Shown here piece after piece: positions 39,800-51,442 of a stretch of DNA of 64,000 nucleotides. The DNA is from Octopus sinensis. Taxonomy: Eukaryota. Numbering within the stretch: position 1 is the first letter of the stretch; every line of letters begins with the position of its first letter. The position numbers and the translations under genes were made by a program. The notes under the pieces are model-generated. The model was not told where the DNA came from. It saw nothing but the letters and a program-made list of their open reading frames with translations, and did not search any database. The stretch spans positions 57,164,001 to 57,228,000 of the forward strand of contig NC_043001.1 of NCBI RefSeq assembly GCF_006345805.1. The letters are read 5' to 3'.

Positions 39800-39913
39800 T
39801 GTGCTTCTTGCAGTTTCCGTCCACCAAATCTTGCCCAAGGTGCAATGCAGTTGGACTGAACCGGGCACCATGTGGTTGGTAAGCAAGCTACTTACCTTAC
39901 AGCCACTCATGCG

Positions 39914-39916
<3 letters not shown>
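39800..39916 (-). mobile_element. tRNA-SINE 5' half, internally deleted, inverted relative to 39456
   Basis: Reverse complement of the SINE head. Confidence 0.9.
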
Positions 39917-39962
<46 letters not shown>

Positions 39963-40262
39963 GTGTGTGTGTGCGCACGCGCACACACAGACACATACTT
40001 ACACAAACATATATGTAAACACTCGTATACTTGTATATGAGTATTATTTATCAATATAGATTTTGCTTTCGAGAAGTTTCCCATGTTATCAACATGACCC
40101 AATTGACTTCTTTTATGACTACCCTCAATATCATAAACAACATTCAATAAATATAGATAGTTATTATTCTTTGACAGAAAAATATATTCCATGTTTCAAT
40201 ATTGGTATGTGAAATACCAACTATCTCTATGAATTGATCATATTTTCTTTTAATGCTTTCAG

Positions 40263-40443
40263 AGCCCGACATCTGAACAAGATGGACCGAAATCAAATTC
40301 CCGATAGAATTCGTCTGAATCTGCTTATTTGTTGGTGAAAATCTTTTATGAGAATTACATTGACAAGTCTACTAGTAAAATATTCTCTGAACCAGCAAGA
40401 ATAATACACACTGACAAAAATGTGCATGATTTCAAACCATCAT
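40263..40443 (+). other. Candidate spliced exon (coding status unclear)
   Basis: Acceptor tattttcttttaatgctttcag| and donor cat|gtaagt. Frame 0 is open except for one TAG at 40305-40307. Confidence 0.3.
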
Positions 40444-43400
40444 GTAAGTCATCGTATGTTTCTACTAATGTCAAAAGAACGTTAATATGCTTGCCTCAAT
40501 CTCTTTAGCTGAAGATAGATGCAGTCCAAGCTAGTTAAATAGTTACTAACAAATGAATGTTATATATAGAATATATACTTTGAGCTGTTTTTATGTAATT
40601 TTGAGAATATAAATTATTTTACAACAATGCTGAAAATATTTTATGTAAGTTTGATTTATGTTTTACTTCGTCGTATATCATTTTCCTCCTAGAACTACTA
40701 GATGATTTATTCGTATTAGTAACTAGTATATAGACAGAGAGCTTGAGAGTAATAGCATTGTACTGGAAGTATTGAGGTTGAGCGAAGATTTCAACGTTAG
40801 GTCCAAATGTTCAGTCCACGAATTACGAGCCTAGACTTATTCAGGAACAATACTAGATATTTATTCCAGAACAATGCTAGTCATTTATTCGTGTATGAAA
40901 ATGATAATCGATTTATTTATTGATACGCTTTGTGGTATTATCTAATTAGCATTGATTAGGCTATATTTCATCGATATGTCCTTTTCTATATTCTTTTATT
41001 ATTCATTTCTTGTTCAAGCACACTGATAGATACATGTATAATTAAACACACGCATCCAGGTTTTCATTCACTGGAAACAAAGAGGAGTAAGGCCTAAGAT
41101 ATGTGATAGCTCCTTTTGTGTGTCACATACTATCCCTCAGAAAGCATTAGTTAAACAGCTTCAACAAAATTAAGTGCCTTACCCACGTGGTCCAAAGGGA
41201 TCTCAGCAATATCTTATCAGGTTCATTGAATTTCCGATGATTTCCCGAGCATTCCTACTGGACATCTCCTATTGCATTATCGGTGGAAATCATTCCTCAT
41301 AATCTTCATAACAAATTTTGCATTCTGAGTAGCAGCTTCAGAAGGATGCCAATGTGCAGAGAACTGTAACATATACTGCTTTTGTGATTCTCACATCACG
41401 TGGCACTTGGAATGCAAACACAGCAGGCATGTTTGAAAACGTAGCTATCGCTGTGGAATCCTATACCTCTCAGTAATAGTATTATATTAAAATTATTTGA
41501 AATGAGAACATATATACTTTACTTTTTCCAAACATACAAATTACCTTACAAGATGAATATTTACATGGGCACATTTGATTATATTAAGTAACAGCCTGGA
41601 AAATTTGAGCTTTTCTTCAAAGAAGGAGAACTTGTAACTCATATTCTGAGAGTTCAGTATTTATTGGTATTATTGAGATGTGTATTTTCAGGAGTTTAGA
41701 AACCAACACATTTTATAGAAAAGGTTTTTAAAAAATACAAAGAAAAGCACAAATCCCTTCATGTCCCACAAATGTATATATTTAATATATATACTTTAGA
41801 AAGCATATTAAATTCAAGTATGGCCACATGGGCCTTAAAGGGAAAAGAACCAGAGTCAATACTGACGGCCAGTTCCAAAATTAGAAAATTTTTGCTTAAA
41901 CCAGCTTCGTAGCGATTTCTAAATAAGCGACCAATATTCCAAATTGCATACGTGCAAATTTGCAGTTACATACTTCCAGCTGGTCAAGCCTGTATGTTCC
42001 ACTACTCTCCGCAAGATCTGTGGAAGATTCAAAATGTAGTTTTCAAGTAGATATTGTTCATGGCATTGATTCTAGTGGATAAAGCACGCACAAAAATTCG
42101 CTCACATTTCAGATAGAATAGTTTTCTCATGGTGGTGGGGTATTCACTGTGACTACCAGAAGCGAATCCATCTTCACTCCGCCGCATTAAAGAAATAAGT
42201 AGTGGTGGTCTTGCAGAAAGTACATTTTATGTTATTCCTGCTTTATCAGAGCTGACCTGAGGCTGAGGAAAGAAAAGGTGAATTTAAGACCATTCATGGC
42301 CGGGTTAATGGTCACCAGAATAGTGGTCACCAGAATACGACAAACCGTCTAGCAAATGTTACTCGATTACAAGTTGTATGTGAATACCCTACACAGTACT
42401 TAATTAATTTACAGACTGTAAAGTAAGCTAAATACTGGCATATATATTCTTTCATCATAAAAGCTGAAAGTTTGACAGAAAGGGATAAATTGGTCTAAAA
42501 CTGAATTTTTGGGAAAACAGGCTATTGTAGAATATATGAAAAAGATGTAAAATTAGCATGGCATGTATGGTTTACTGAAACCCCATTTGATATCGAAACT
42601 CTTGAATAATGCAAACATTCCAAGTGACTAAAATATCATCAATACAAATATGGCGCATTAATCATGGCAGGCAATGGAAAGGTGAGCAAAACAAGCCCTT
42701 TATCCACACAAGTGTGAATCTATCTAGAAAAATCTCTTATATCTTCTACATCTGCCTAGCTCTGATAACAACGGCTAATCAACATTAATGTTTATGAATC
42801 TTAAACTCTAATTAATAATACATCTTTTCCGTATACATAACTTACAACTGTTTATAAAGCACGCTGTAGGTGTCCTGTTGAAGTTGTTTATGTATTCAAC
42901 TTGATATGAAAATTATCGTAAAACTAGAATAATAAAGACAAATTAAATAAGACTGAATACATTTTCAGCTAGACACAGATATTTGAAAATTAGAACAGAA
43001 CTGCTGATTCAAATATTTCAGATTACATGAATCTAAGAAATTACAACCCATAGAAATGTAAAAGTCTACATAAGAGTTAGGATAATGCTGAAGGCGAAAA
43101 GCTATAAATACAGTAGCAATCATGTTTTAAACAACAGATTCAGCATGACATATTCGAAGTTAAGTGAAATGAAGAACACAGAAGAACAAGGAAATTATGA
43201 AGAATGAATGTCTCACGATAGTAAAGCCTATATAGTAAAAATATATCTGTGCAGCATGCTTAGAGTACGGAGCTTCATAAAAATAAAGTATTATTGCTGG
43301 GGATGACAAGATCTCTTCGAAGCAAGGAAATCTAAACTGATTAGTATAATAAAGAAACAAAATAAAACAAAGACTTTTGGGTATCCATAAAACTAGGAAC

Positions 43401-44149
43401 CAATATAAAAGACAATTCTTTTGAAAAGCTAAGGAAATCATAAGACGAACCCAAAATTGAAAATGTAGTAAAGACAAAGAAACTGAAGAAAATCCCGCCG
43501 GAGAGGAAAAGCCGTGGATATCGACAAAGAAAAAAGTTCGTCGGCGTAAAAGCCATCATTAGATGATACTCTTTGAAGTAAGATCAGAAACGGATCAACT
43601 CACGGATAAAACAAAAATGAAAAATAATGCTATTTTTCTACTCCAATGCGCTCGATACCTTTTGTCCATATATTAACTATGAGGAAGTCGAGAAACTAGT
43701 AATATGTGACGAATTTGAAAAGCAAAATAATCGAATGAAGCTCCTACCTTCAGCACCTGATTTGCAACCAAATCCACACTGAGTAAACTTTGCAGAGTCC
43801 CTCCAAATCTATCCTCTTCCACACTATAAGGTGTTTCATTGAATACACAAACGCCAATTACACAGTTTATTCTGGTGGCCTCAAACTAACAAGAGCAGTG
43901 ACAAAATATGTTCCATTAGGCAAATACATTGCACCACAGAACTACTCCTGATTCTCACCTATTTGTTTTATTGCACCATTTTTGCAAGGATCTGCATCGG
44001 TCATTGTTAACGTATCTCAGTGTGTCTCATTCCCAATAAAGTCAACTTTTTTGAACAAGCAATATATCGTTATATTGGATTCACTTCCTATAATCTCTAC
44101 GTTCATGCACATAGACTATAACAAAGATATCTAACAGCTTGAATTACCT

Positions 44150-44500
44150 TTAGACCTAAAGAGTATCTTATGGATCCCGAATGCATTGATCACCTGGTGA
44201 TGTGCCATACTATGTCAATAGCTTGCTATCGATTTAGAAAAATATAGTGAAAGCCACATTGCTGTCCTTGACAGTAGGAAAGCGTTCAGTAGTGTCTGGC
44301 ATGGAAATATCATATTGAAGCTATCTACCAATGACCTTCAACTGATTTTAATCTAATGGACCGAAAGCTGTCAATCAGATCGCACTATTGTTGAGTAACT
44401 TGACACTAACACACCTCTCATTCGCTTCTCAGGTCTTCTCTAGTGATTAGGGTTTGTACCCCACACTCATATATATCAATATTCGTCACTCACCGAAATC
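44150..44500 (+). mobile_element. Jockey/CR1-group LINE RT remnant
   Basis: IAVLDSRKAFSSVWHGNIILKL...WTES.QSDRTI, matching the LDISKAFDRVWH.GLL.KL...WI.SFLSDR motif. Confidence 0.7.
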
Positions 44501-44779
44501 ACAAAAATCTTTAACCCTCCTACAACCTCACAATGCCAAGCTTACGTTGTGAAATAAGCTGAATTGTGAATATTACTATCACATATGTGAGGCTGCTGAG
44601 TCTGCACATAAATATATTGATGTCACACAGGACAAACTTAATATAATTTACATTATAGGCAGTGCTCCAACACGGCCACATCTTTCGGGCCGAAACATGT
44701 AAAAGAATGAAAGAATGCTCTTATACATTTTTACTCTGTATGTTTTTCGCCCCACACCTAGAATGGCTTCTATCCTACA

Positions 44780-44960
44780 TATACACACATAATACATACA
44801 TACATACATATGCACACAAACATACCTACATTCATACATACATACATACATACATACATACATACATACATGCATACATACATACATACATACATACATA
44901 CATACATACACATATATACACACATACGTGCATACATACATATATGAATACTTACATGTA
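44780..44960. repeat. (TACA)n microsatellite
   Basis: Direct reading. Confidence 0.95.
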
Positions 44961-45959
44961 TGCATACACACCCATCACTGATGGCATAAAAAAAATAATT
45001 TTCTACGTTAACGCATATTCATTTCTGAAGCTCTATGCAATTTGAACATTATTGTTTCCTTCTAGCTAAGTTAGCAGAAATAACATTTGTTGATTTATGT
45101 TAAATACACCTGAACGATGTTTTCTAATAATTTAAGCAAAAGCGAAAAAATGTAACAGAGACGCAAATTATCAAAGATTTATATTCTGTTTAAATTTATT
45201 TACGCGATCGTAATTTCTTTTGTGGTATTTTAGATAGTATCTTATTTCGATTTATTGATTATTTAGCATACAACAATGATTTTAAAGCGTTGACAGATTT
45301 GAAAAACTGTTTGTTACATTTTAGAATTTTGTCTACATGCATATAAATAACTCTCCATATCCTACTTAAAACGCTGATATACTCAGTTTTTACGCACACA
45401 ATCACACACGCACATCTTTCACACATACATATATACGTGTGTATAAAAGCATGTATATATACATGTATACACATATAAATATACACATACATACAAACTA
45501 CATATCTGCTAGCCTCACAAACACACATATAAATACACTGAGCACACCTCACTCCATATAGCGCACGTACTGTTTACTTATACACATATACACACGCTCC
45601 TATACGCACACAAAGAGGCTCAAATCATCTTATGTTCACCCACTCATAGAGACAAACGCGTTCGACGATGCACATCGTCCTGAGATATACACACATGCTT
45701 GCGCGCTCTACTTTAGTCACATCACAGTTATCTTCCCTTCCAATGATGGGCATATTAGTTGAACAGTGGGCTTGCTTTCAAAACTCCGACCTTGGTAGAA
45801 TAAGTAAATCTATTATTGGTAGGGGGTTCTCACTTGCGTAAAGAGTAATGTCATTTTACCACTTTGGAGTAGTACAGGTGGCGCGATCACTTGGTTCTGC
45901 TCATTAAATAAAAGAAGAAAAGCATATTTCCTACAATTTGATATAAGTAATTATTATCT

Positions 45960-46960
45960 CTCTATGTCACCGAATGTGTTGGTTAAATCAATTGCATTTG
46001 CTCAAATGTTTGAAGATATCTCCCCATTGGAGAAAGACATAATAACTGCCAGGAAAACATTGATATCTTTTAGGGATAAGAACTGGACTCGAGATGGCCT
46101 TCAAGATATCTTTGATGTAAGCATGGGATCATCGAACTCAACACAGGTTACAGATTTGGTCGGCTTATTTCTGCTTTCAAAAATAAAGGAAACGTTCCCT
46201 AACATTAAAGGAGGGTTATATAGTGATGATGTATTATTTGCATTAACTGGCTACCCTTTCCGAACTGAGGATAGGACTAAAAAACTTTGATAATTTTTTT
46301 AAAGGAATTTAATTTACATAGCAGACGAATATATTAGAAAGGGAGTAAACTTTCTGGATGTTACCTTAAATTTCAATAGTGGTTTATTCTAAACCAAATA
46401 AAACAGTGTCTTAACAGTGTCAAATCACCCCCGAAGTGTTACAAATGGGATAATTAAAAGTGTGCCTATAAGAATATCTAATCTTTCAGCTAATGAAAGA
46501 ATTTTCAATAATCACGCATTATTATGTAACACAGCACTAAAGAATAGTGGTTTCCATGAGAACATTTTATATAAGAGATCCAATATTTGAAACTAAACTT
46601 GGTAGACTCTATCCATGCTTAACTAAATTAGATATTGATATTCTGTCAGTAAGTGACCCTGTTAAATAACGGACTCCCCATATAATAAAATATTTTATCA
46701 ACCTTTTAGTTATAACTTTACAATATCAGAAATAGGCAGGTTCTGAATAACCATACTTGTAAACTGCAAAAAATTTGGTTTACCCCACCTTTTTCACTAT
46801 AAGTTAAAAATCTCCTCGAATTATTCTTCAAAAATAATTGAAATCAACTCACATCACGAATATAAATATCACTCCACCATTAACAAATCTAGTTTAAAGT
46901 TGTCATATTCAACACCACCTAATTAAGGCTAATAATGGATTTAAACTTAAAAATAATACT
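45960..46960 (+). mobile_element. Decayed Penelope-like element RT region (different family from 49550)
   Basis: FDVSMGSSNSTQVTDLVGLFLL and GGLYSDDVL (PLE MG...L..YRDD), then VNFLDVTLN, SNHP and KKIWFTPPFS motifs. Confidence 0.8.
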
Positions 46961-48023
46961 CGGGAAAGTAGTCCATGGAACGAAGTCAATTGAGTAGTAA
47001 TCTGAATTGCATTAAAAAAATTGTAATTGCCAATCCCCAAAATTTTGCCCGTTAAAAGGGCTGTGTTTGAAAATAAAAATGTAGTTTACAGGTATGAAGT
47101 AAGTACGTCAAAATAACACAAGAAACTTCAGAAATACATTTCCAGAAACACAAGAAAATTGTGAAATAAGTCTCCCGAAACGGCCGTAGGATATCTATGA
47201 AATTGTTCTCTGGATTATGTATGAATTTAAGCACTGGATCACTTTTTTCAGCTACCCATACATCTTCAGTTAGCCATACATCTTCTAACATGACAGTATC
47301 ATTTTCTAACATGATACTATCATGTTCTTAAGAATGAAATCAACCTCTCTGTCTGTACATCTACCCTCTTTGTGATGTTGGCAAACGAAATAGGGATAAG
47401 AATATGCATTGTCCGTTTGATTGGAAAATCTGAAAAGGTGGCTGAAGATTGCTCGACATTTTAAAACTGATGTAATGCTTACAGTGTTTAATAAAATGAA
47501 GTAGCACGAAACGATCGTACCATATTACCTCGGATATACTTGTTGCTTATTTTGATTGTAATCACCCCATGAATTTATATGGATATTAACATACGAAATT
47601 CTGGTGCCTTTGACTTAAGTAGTACCATATTCATCTGAATCTAAATTTTGCTGTATATATATACACACATATATATTCTTTCCTTTGTTTTTGTTTTGAG
47701 CTTTTACGTCTAGTTATGAAAATAAAAACAATTTTACATGAAGTGAATCAGATAGGCTCACTATACTCTCGTGGAATGCAAATTATTATTCTTTTCGTCA
47801 ACAATAATGTTGTTTACACTGACTTAAAAGTCTCGGCTATTTAACCCACCGTGAAACTCGTGTGGCGATGTCTTAACCGGCCGAATCTTTGAAGTACTGC
47901 CAACAACATTAATGTTTAAGAAAAATGCACAGACACAAACACCTATATATATATATTTATATATGTGCATATATATATCTATATATCTATATACATATAT
48001 ATACATATATATATGTATATACG

Positions 48024-48112
<89 letters not shown>

Positions 48113-48184
48113 CATATATACATACATATATACATACATATATACATTAAATATATACAAGTGTATATATATATACATATGTTG

Positions 48185-49445
48185 TTGGTTGCGTATCGTG
48201 CTTCCGAGTTTGCAATCCAGTTCATTTTCCTGGGTGTTTGAACCGCAGATGGCTCCACAATCTAAGGGTTGCATGAAACATACGGGGACATTGTGGACAA
48301 GGGATAGAAGGGGCTGGTTTGGGAAGCGCTGCTTTCTCTCCAGGCTCTTGAGTTCAGCTCTTGCGACACGGGCTTTCTCGAAGTCCGTAGGAACCCTTTT
48401 GATGGTGTGTCTCCAGAGGGGTCTGTTTGCCGAGATATCTTCCCAGTGTGCGGGGTCGATGTTTGTGCTTTTCAGGGTTGATATGAGTTGGTCCTTGTAC
48501 CGTCTCAAGGGACTCCACAAGGACATTTTTCTTAAGACAGTTCACCGTAGAGACTGATCTTGGGGCTGCGTTATCATCAGTGTATTGAAGCTCAGTGATC
48601 TTGTGCTCTCGACAGTGACGTCTTGATCGGGAAAATGTTGAAAAGTCCGTCATCAAATCTACATCTGAGTTCCACTCCGGGGTTGTCAGTTGGAATTTCG
48701 GAGAGCATGGCAGCCATGTAGAAAGAAAACAGGGTTGGAGCAAGAACACATTCCTGCTTCAGGCCATGTGATCTTGAATTCTTCAGAGATGTCAACCTGA
48801 TAAAGAACTCTTACCCTCATGTCATCATGGAAACCCGTGATCAGAGAAATGAAACCTCCAAGGCAACCGTAACGATGCAGGATATCCCTCATGACATCTC
48901 TTGCGACACTGTCGAAATCTTTCTCCAAGTCGTAGAAGATGAAAAAGGCAGGTCTCTGCTGCGGTCGGCTCTTCTCCTGCATCTGACTATACAAAATATC
49001 ATGTCGATGGTACCTCTTGACCTTCTGAAACCACACTCTGACTCAGGAAAGACTGACTCAGCTACTTGGAGACATTGTAACAAGATTCGAGCAATGATCT
49101 TGCCTGCGATTGAAAGCAGAGAGATGCCACGATTGTTACCACAAAGGCTCCTATCCCCTTTCTTGAAGATGGTGACAATGACTGCATCTTTGAGATCTTG
49201 AGGAATCTGTTTCTTCTCACAGATATGGAGAATCAGCATTGCCCGAAGAGCAGGTCCACTCGCTCTGACCAGTTCAAAGGGGATGTCGTCAGGCATGGGA
49301 GATTTGTCAGATTTCATTTGATTGAAAGCGGTCATGAATTCGATAAGGGAAGGGGGAAGTGAAAGTTCCGATCTGACAGGGTGTTGAGGAATGTTCTTCA
49401 GCGGGTCTTCAGAAGCAGTGGACGGGCGATTTAGCAAGACTTCGA
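48185..49445 (-). mobile_element. 5'-truncated, internally deleted RTE-clade (BovB-like) LINE
   Basis: KSPMPDDIPFEL, KKGDRSLCGNNRGISLLSIAGKI, ESECGFRRSRGTIDMIF, GLKQECVLAPTLF, LQYTDD, RYKDQLISTLK and WEDISANRPLWR motifs across frameshifted ORFs. Confidence 0.92.
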
Positions 49446-49447
49446 AT

Positions 49448-49478
<31 letters not shown>

Positions 49479-49549
49479 CACATGCATATCTATATATATA
49501 TACAGATACATACATACATAAATAAATAAATAAATATATATATTTATAT

Positions 49550-50477
49550 ATTTAACCTTAAAATAGAAACAGACATTTTTTACAAAGCCACAGACGCCAA
49601 ACAATACCTTCTTTTTAATTCATGCCACCCAAGACACACTAAAACAAACATCCCCTTCAACCTTGCAAGAAGGATATGCACAATAGTGTCAGAACAAAAT
49701 ACCAGGAACTTTAGACTGCAAGAACTCAAAAACACCCTAATTGATAGACATTACCCAGCTCAACTCATAGAGGATGGGATCAGACGTGCAACAGAAATCA
49801 ACATAGAAACTTTAAGAAAAGTTCAACACAACAACACACCTTCCCCGAAAATACTACCTTACATATCTACATACACCCCAGAAACAAAGAAGCCTTCACG
49901 ATCATCACCCAGATTTACCAATACTTCATAAAAACCCAAAATTAAAGGAAATTCTAAACATACACCAAATCATTAAAAGCTACAAACAGCCTAAATCACT
50001 CAAAAAGATTCTCACAAAGGCAAAATTGTCTTCTAAAATTACGGATGCAAAAGTAAAAAAATGTGGTAGATCGAACTGTGCAACATGTCCTAACCTATTG
50101 GAAGGATCAGAATTCTTCTTAAAGAGGGACAGAAATTCAAGATCAAATCTAACTTTACTTGTGCCTCTGAAAACATAATTTATGTTATTAAATGCTCGGG
50201 CTGCCACCAAGACTACGTGGGTTCAACGGGACTATCACTCAGGCGTAGATGCACACTGCATCGACAACAGATTGCATTCCCAGAATATAGAATGATACCT
50301 TTTAGTGAGCACATTGAGAAATGCGCAAAGCAAATACTGCCACAATTTTTAATCTTCCCATTTTACCAATGTGCTTTCGGATCATCAACACAAATGAGAC
50401 TGAACAAGGAAACATTCTTCATTGAAAAGTACAAACCCAGACTCAACCATCCGAACATACTGACACAGAGAAATTAA
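49550..50477 (+). mobile_element. 5'-truncated Penelope-like element: thumb plus GIY-YIG ORF fragment
   Basis: DIFYKATDAKQYLLFNSCHP, RLQELKNTLIDRHYPAQLIEDGIRRA, NIIYVIKCSGCHQDYVGSTGLSLRRRCTLHRQQI and KETFFIEKYKPRLN. Confidence 0.9.
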
Positions 50478-50626
50478 CAAGGAAAAAGGGAAAAAAAAAA
50501 AAAAAAAAAAATTTTAAGCGATTATCTCCCTTACACCGGAAGAAATCACTCACTACCTCCCCTTATTTAGAAATCTCCTGTCAATAAACACAACGATAGC
50601 TCCATGCAATATAAACATAACGTCAC

Positions 50627-50666
50627 AAGAAATTTGAAAAGCTACACGCGAAACCGGTAATTTCTT
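50627..50666 (+). ncRNA. Minimal type I hammerhead-like motif with U3-A8 core in the PLE 3' non-coding region
   Basis: aagaaat-TTGAAAA-gc-tacac-gc-GAA-ACCGGT-A-atttctt: perfect 7-bp helix I, 2-bp helix II, palindromic helix III. Confidence 0.55.
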
Positions 50667-50798
50667 TAAAAATTTTTAAATTATGTCATTTTAAGGAAAG
50701 GAAAAAAAATTTTCCAATATTCTCCAGACATTTTGACACAAATATATATATTTTTTAACATTTAAGCCATCTGTCGTTTTTTCACACTTTACTATTTT

Positions 50799-50829
<31 letters not shown>

Positions 50830-50837
<8 letters not shown>

Positions 50838-51040
50838 CGGAGATGTACTCTCATAGCAAGTAATTTGACCTGAGATCGTGTGCTGAAACGAAAACAATTG
50901 CAGCGTGGGAGGTGTTTATAAGCCATTTAAGAAACACACAAAAGCCGTTCGATTCACTTCAACATTTAAGTTTAATTTGTCAAAATATTTTCGTCGCTAA
51001 AATCCGCGAACTATTCACTGACAAAAATCCGTGCTGCATA
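50830..51040 (-). mobile_element. Short (TA)n-embedded element with a hammerhead-like motif (G3-U8 core) at 50976-51025
   Basis: Minus strand tttgtca-GTGAATA-gttcgc-ggatttta-gcgac-GAA-AATATT-T-tgacaaa. Element is flanked by (TA)n on both sides. Confidence 0.45.
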
Positions 51041-51052
51041 TATATTTATATA

Positions 51053-51159
<107 letters not shown>

Positions 51160-51388
51160 TTTATTAAAACTTCAAAAACATCACAGAAATATCACAAACG
51201 TTGCTACTCAGAGCTACTCAGAACGGGAACGTGAAACTCAGAACAGCAGTTTTTTTGGGTTATTTTGGTGACATTTTTGCATCTTTAACAATAAGGAGTA
51301 TTACTCTACCTCTGGTATTCGTGTGCTACTTTCTCCCACCATGTTTCACATTTATATGCTTACTCGGGTGTACATACATTTATACAAG

Positions 51389-51442
<54 letters not shown>

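Noticed and set aside
47466-47520. CTGATGT...GAAACGATCGTA hammerhead-like motif
   Set aside because: A9 is mutated and helix I cannot form; kept only as a weak palindrome example.
51160-51300. Loose inverted repeat containing ac-gggaac-gt-GAAAC
   Set aside because: The CUGANGA half is absent, so it cannot be called a ribozyme from this copy.
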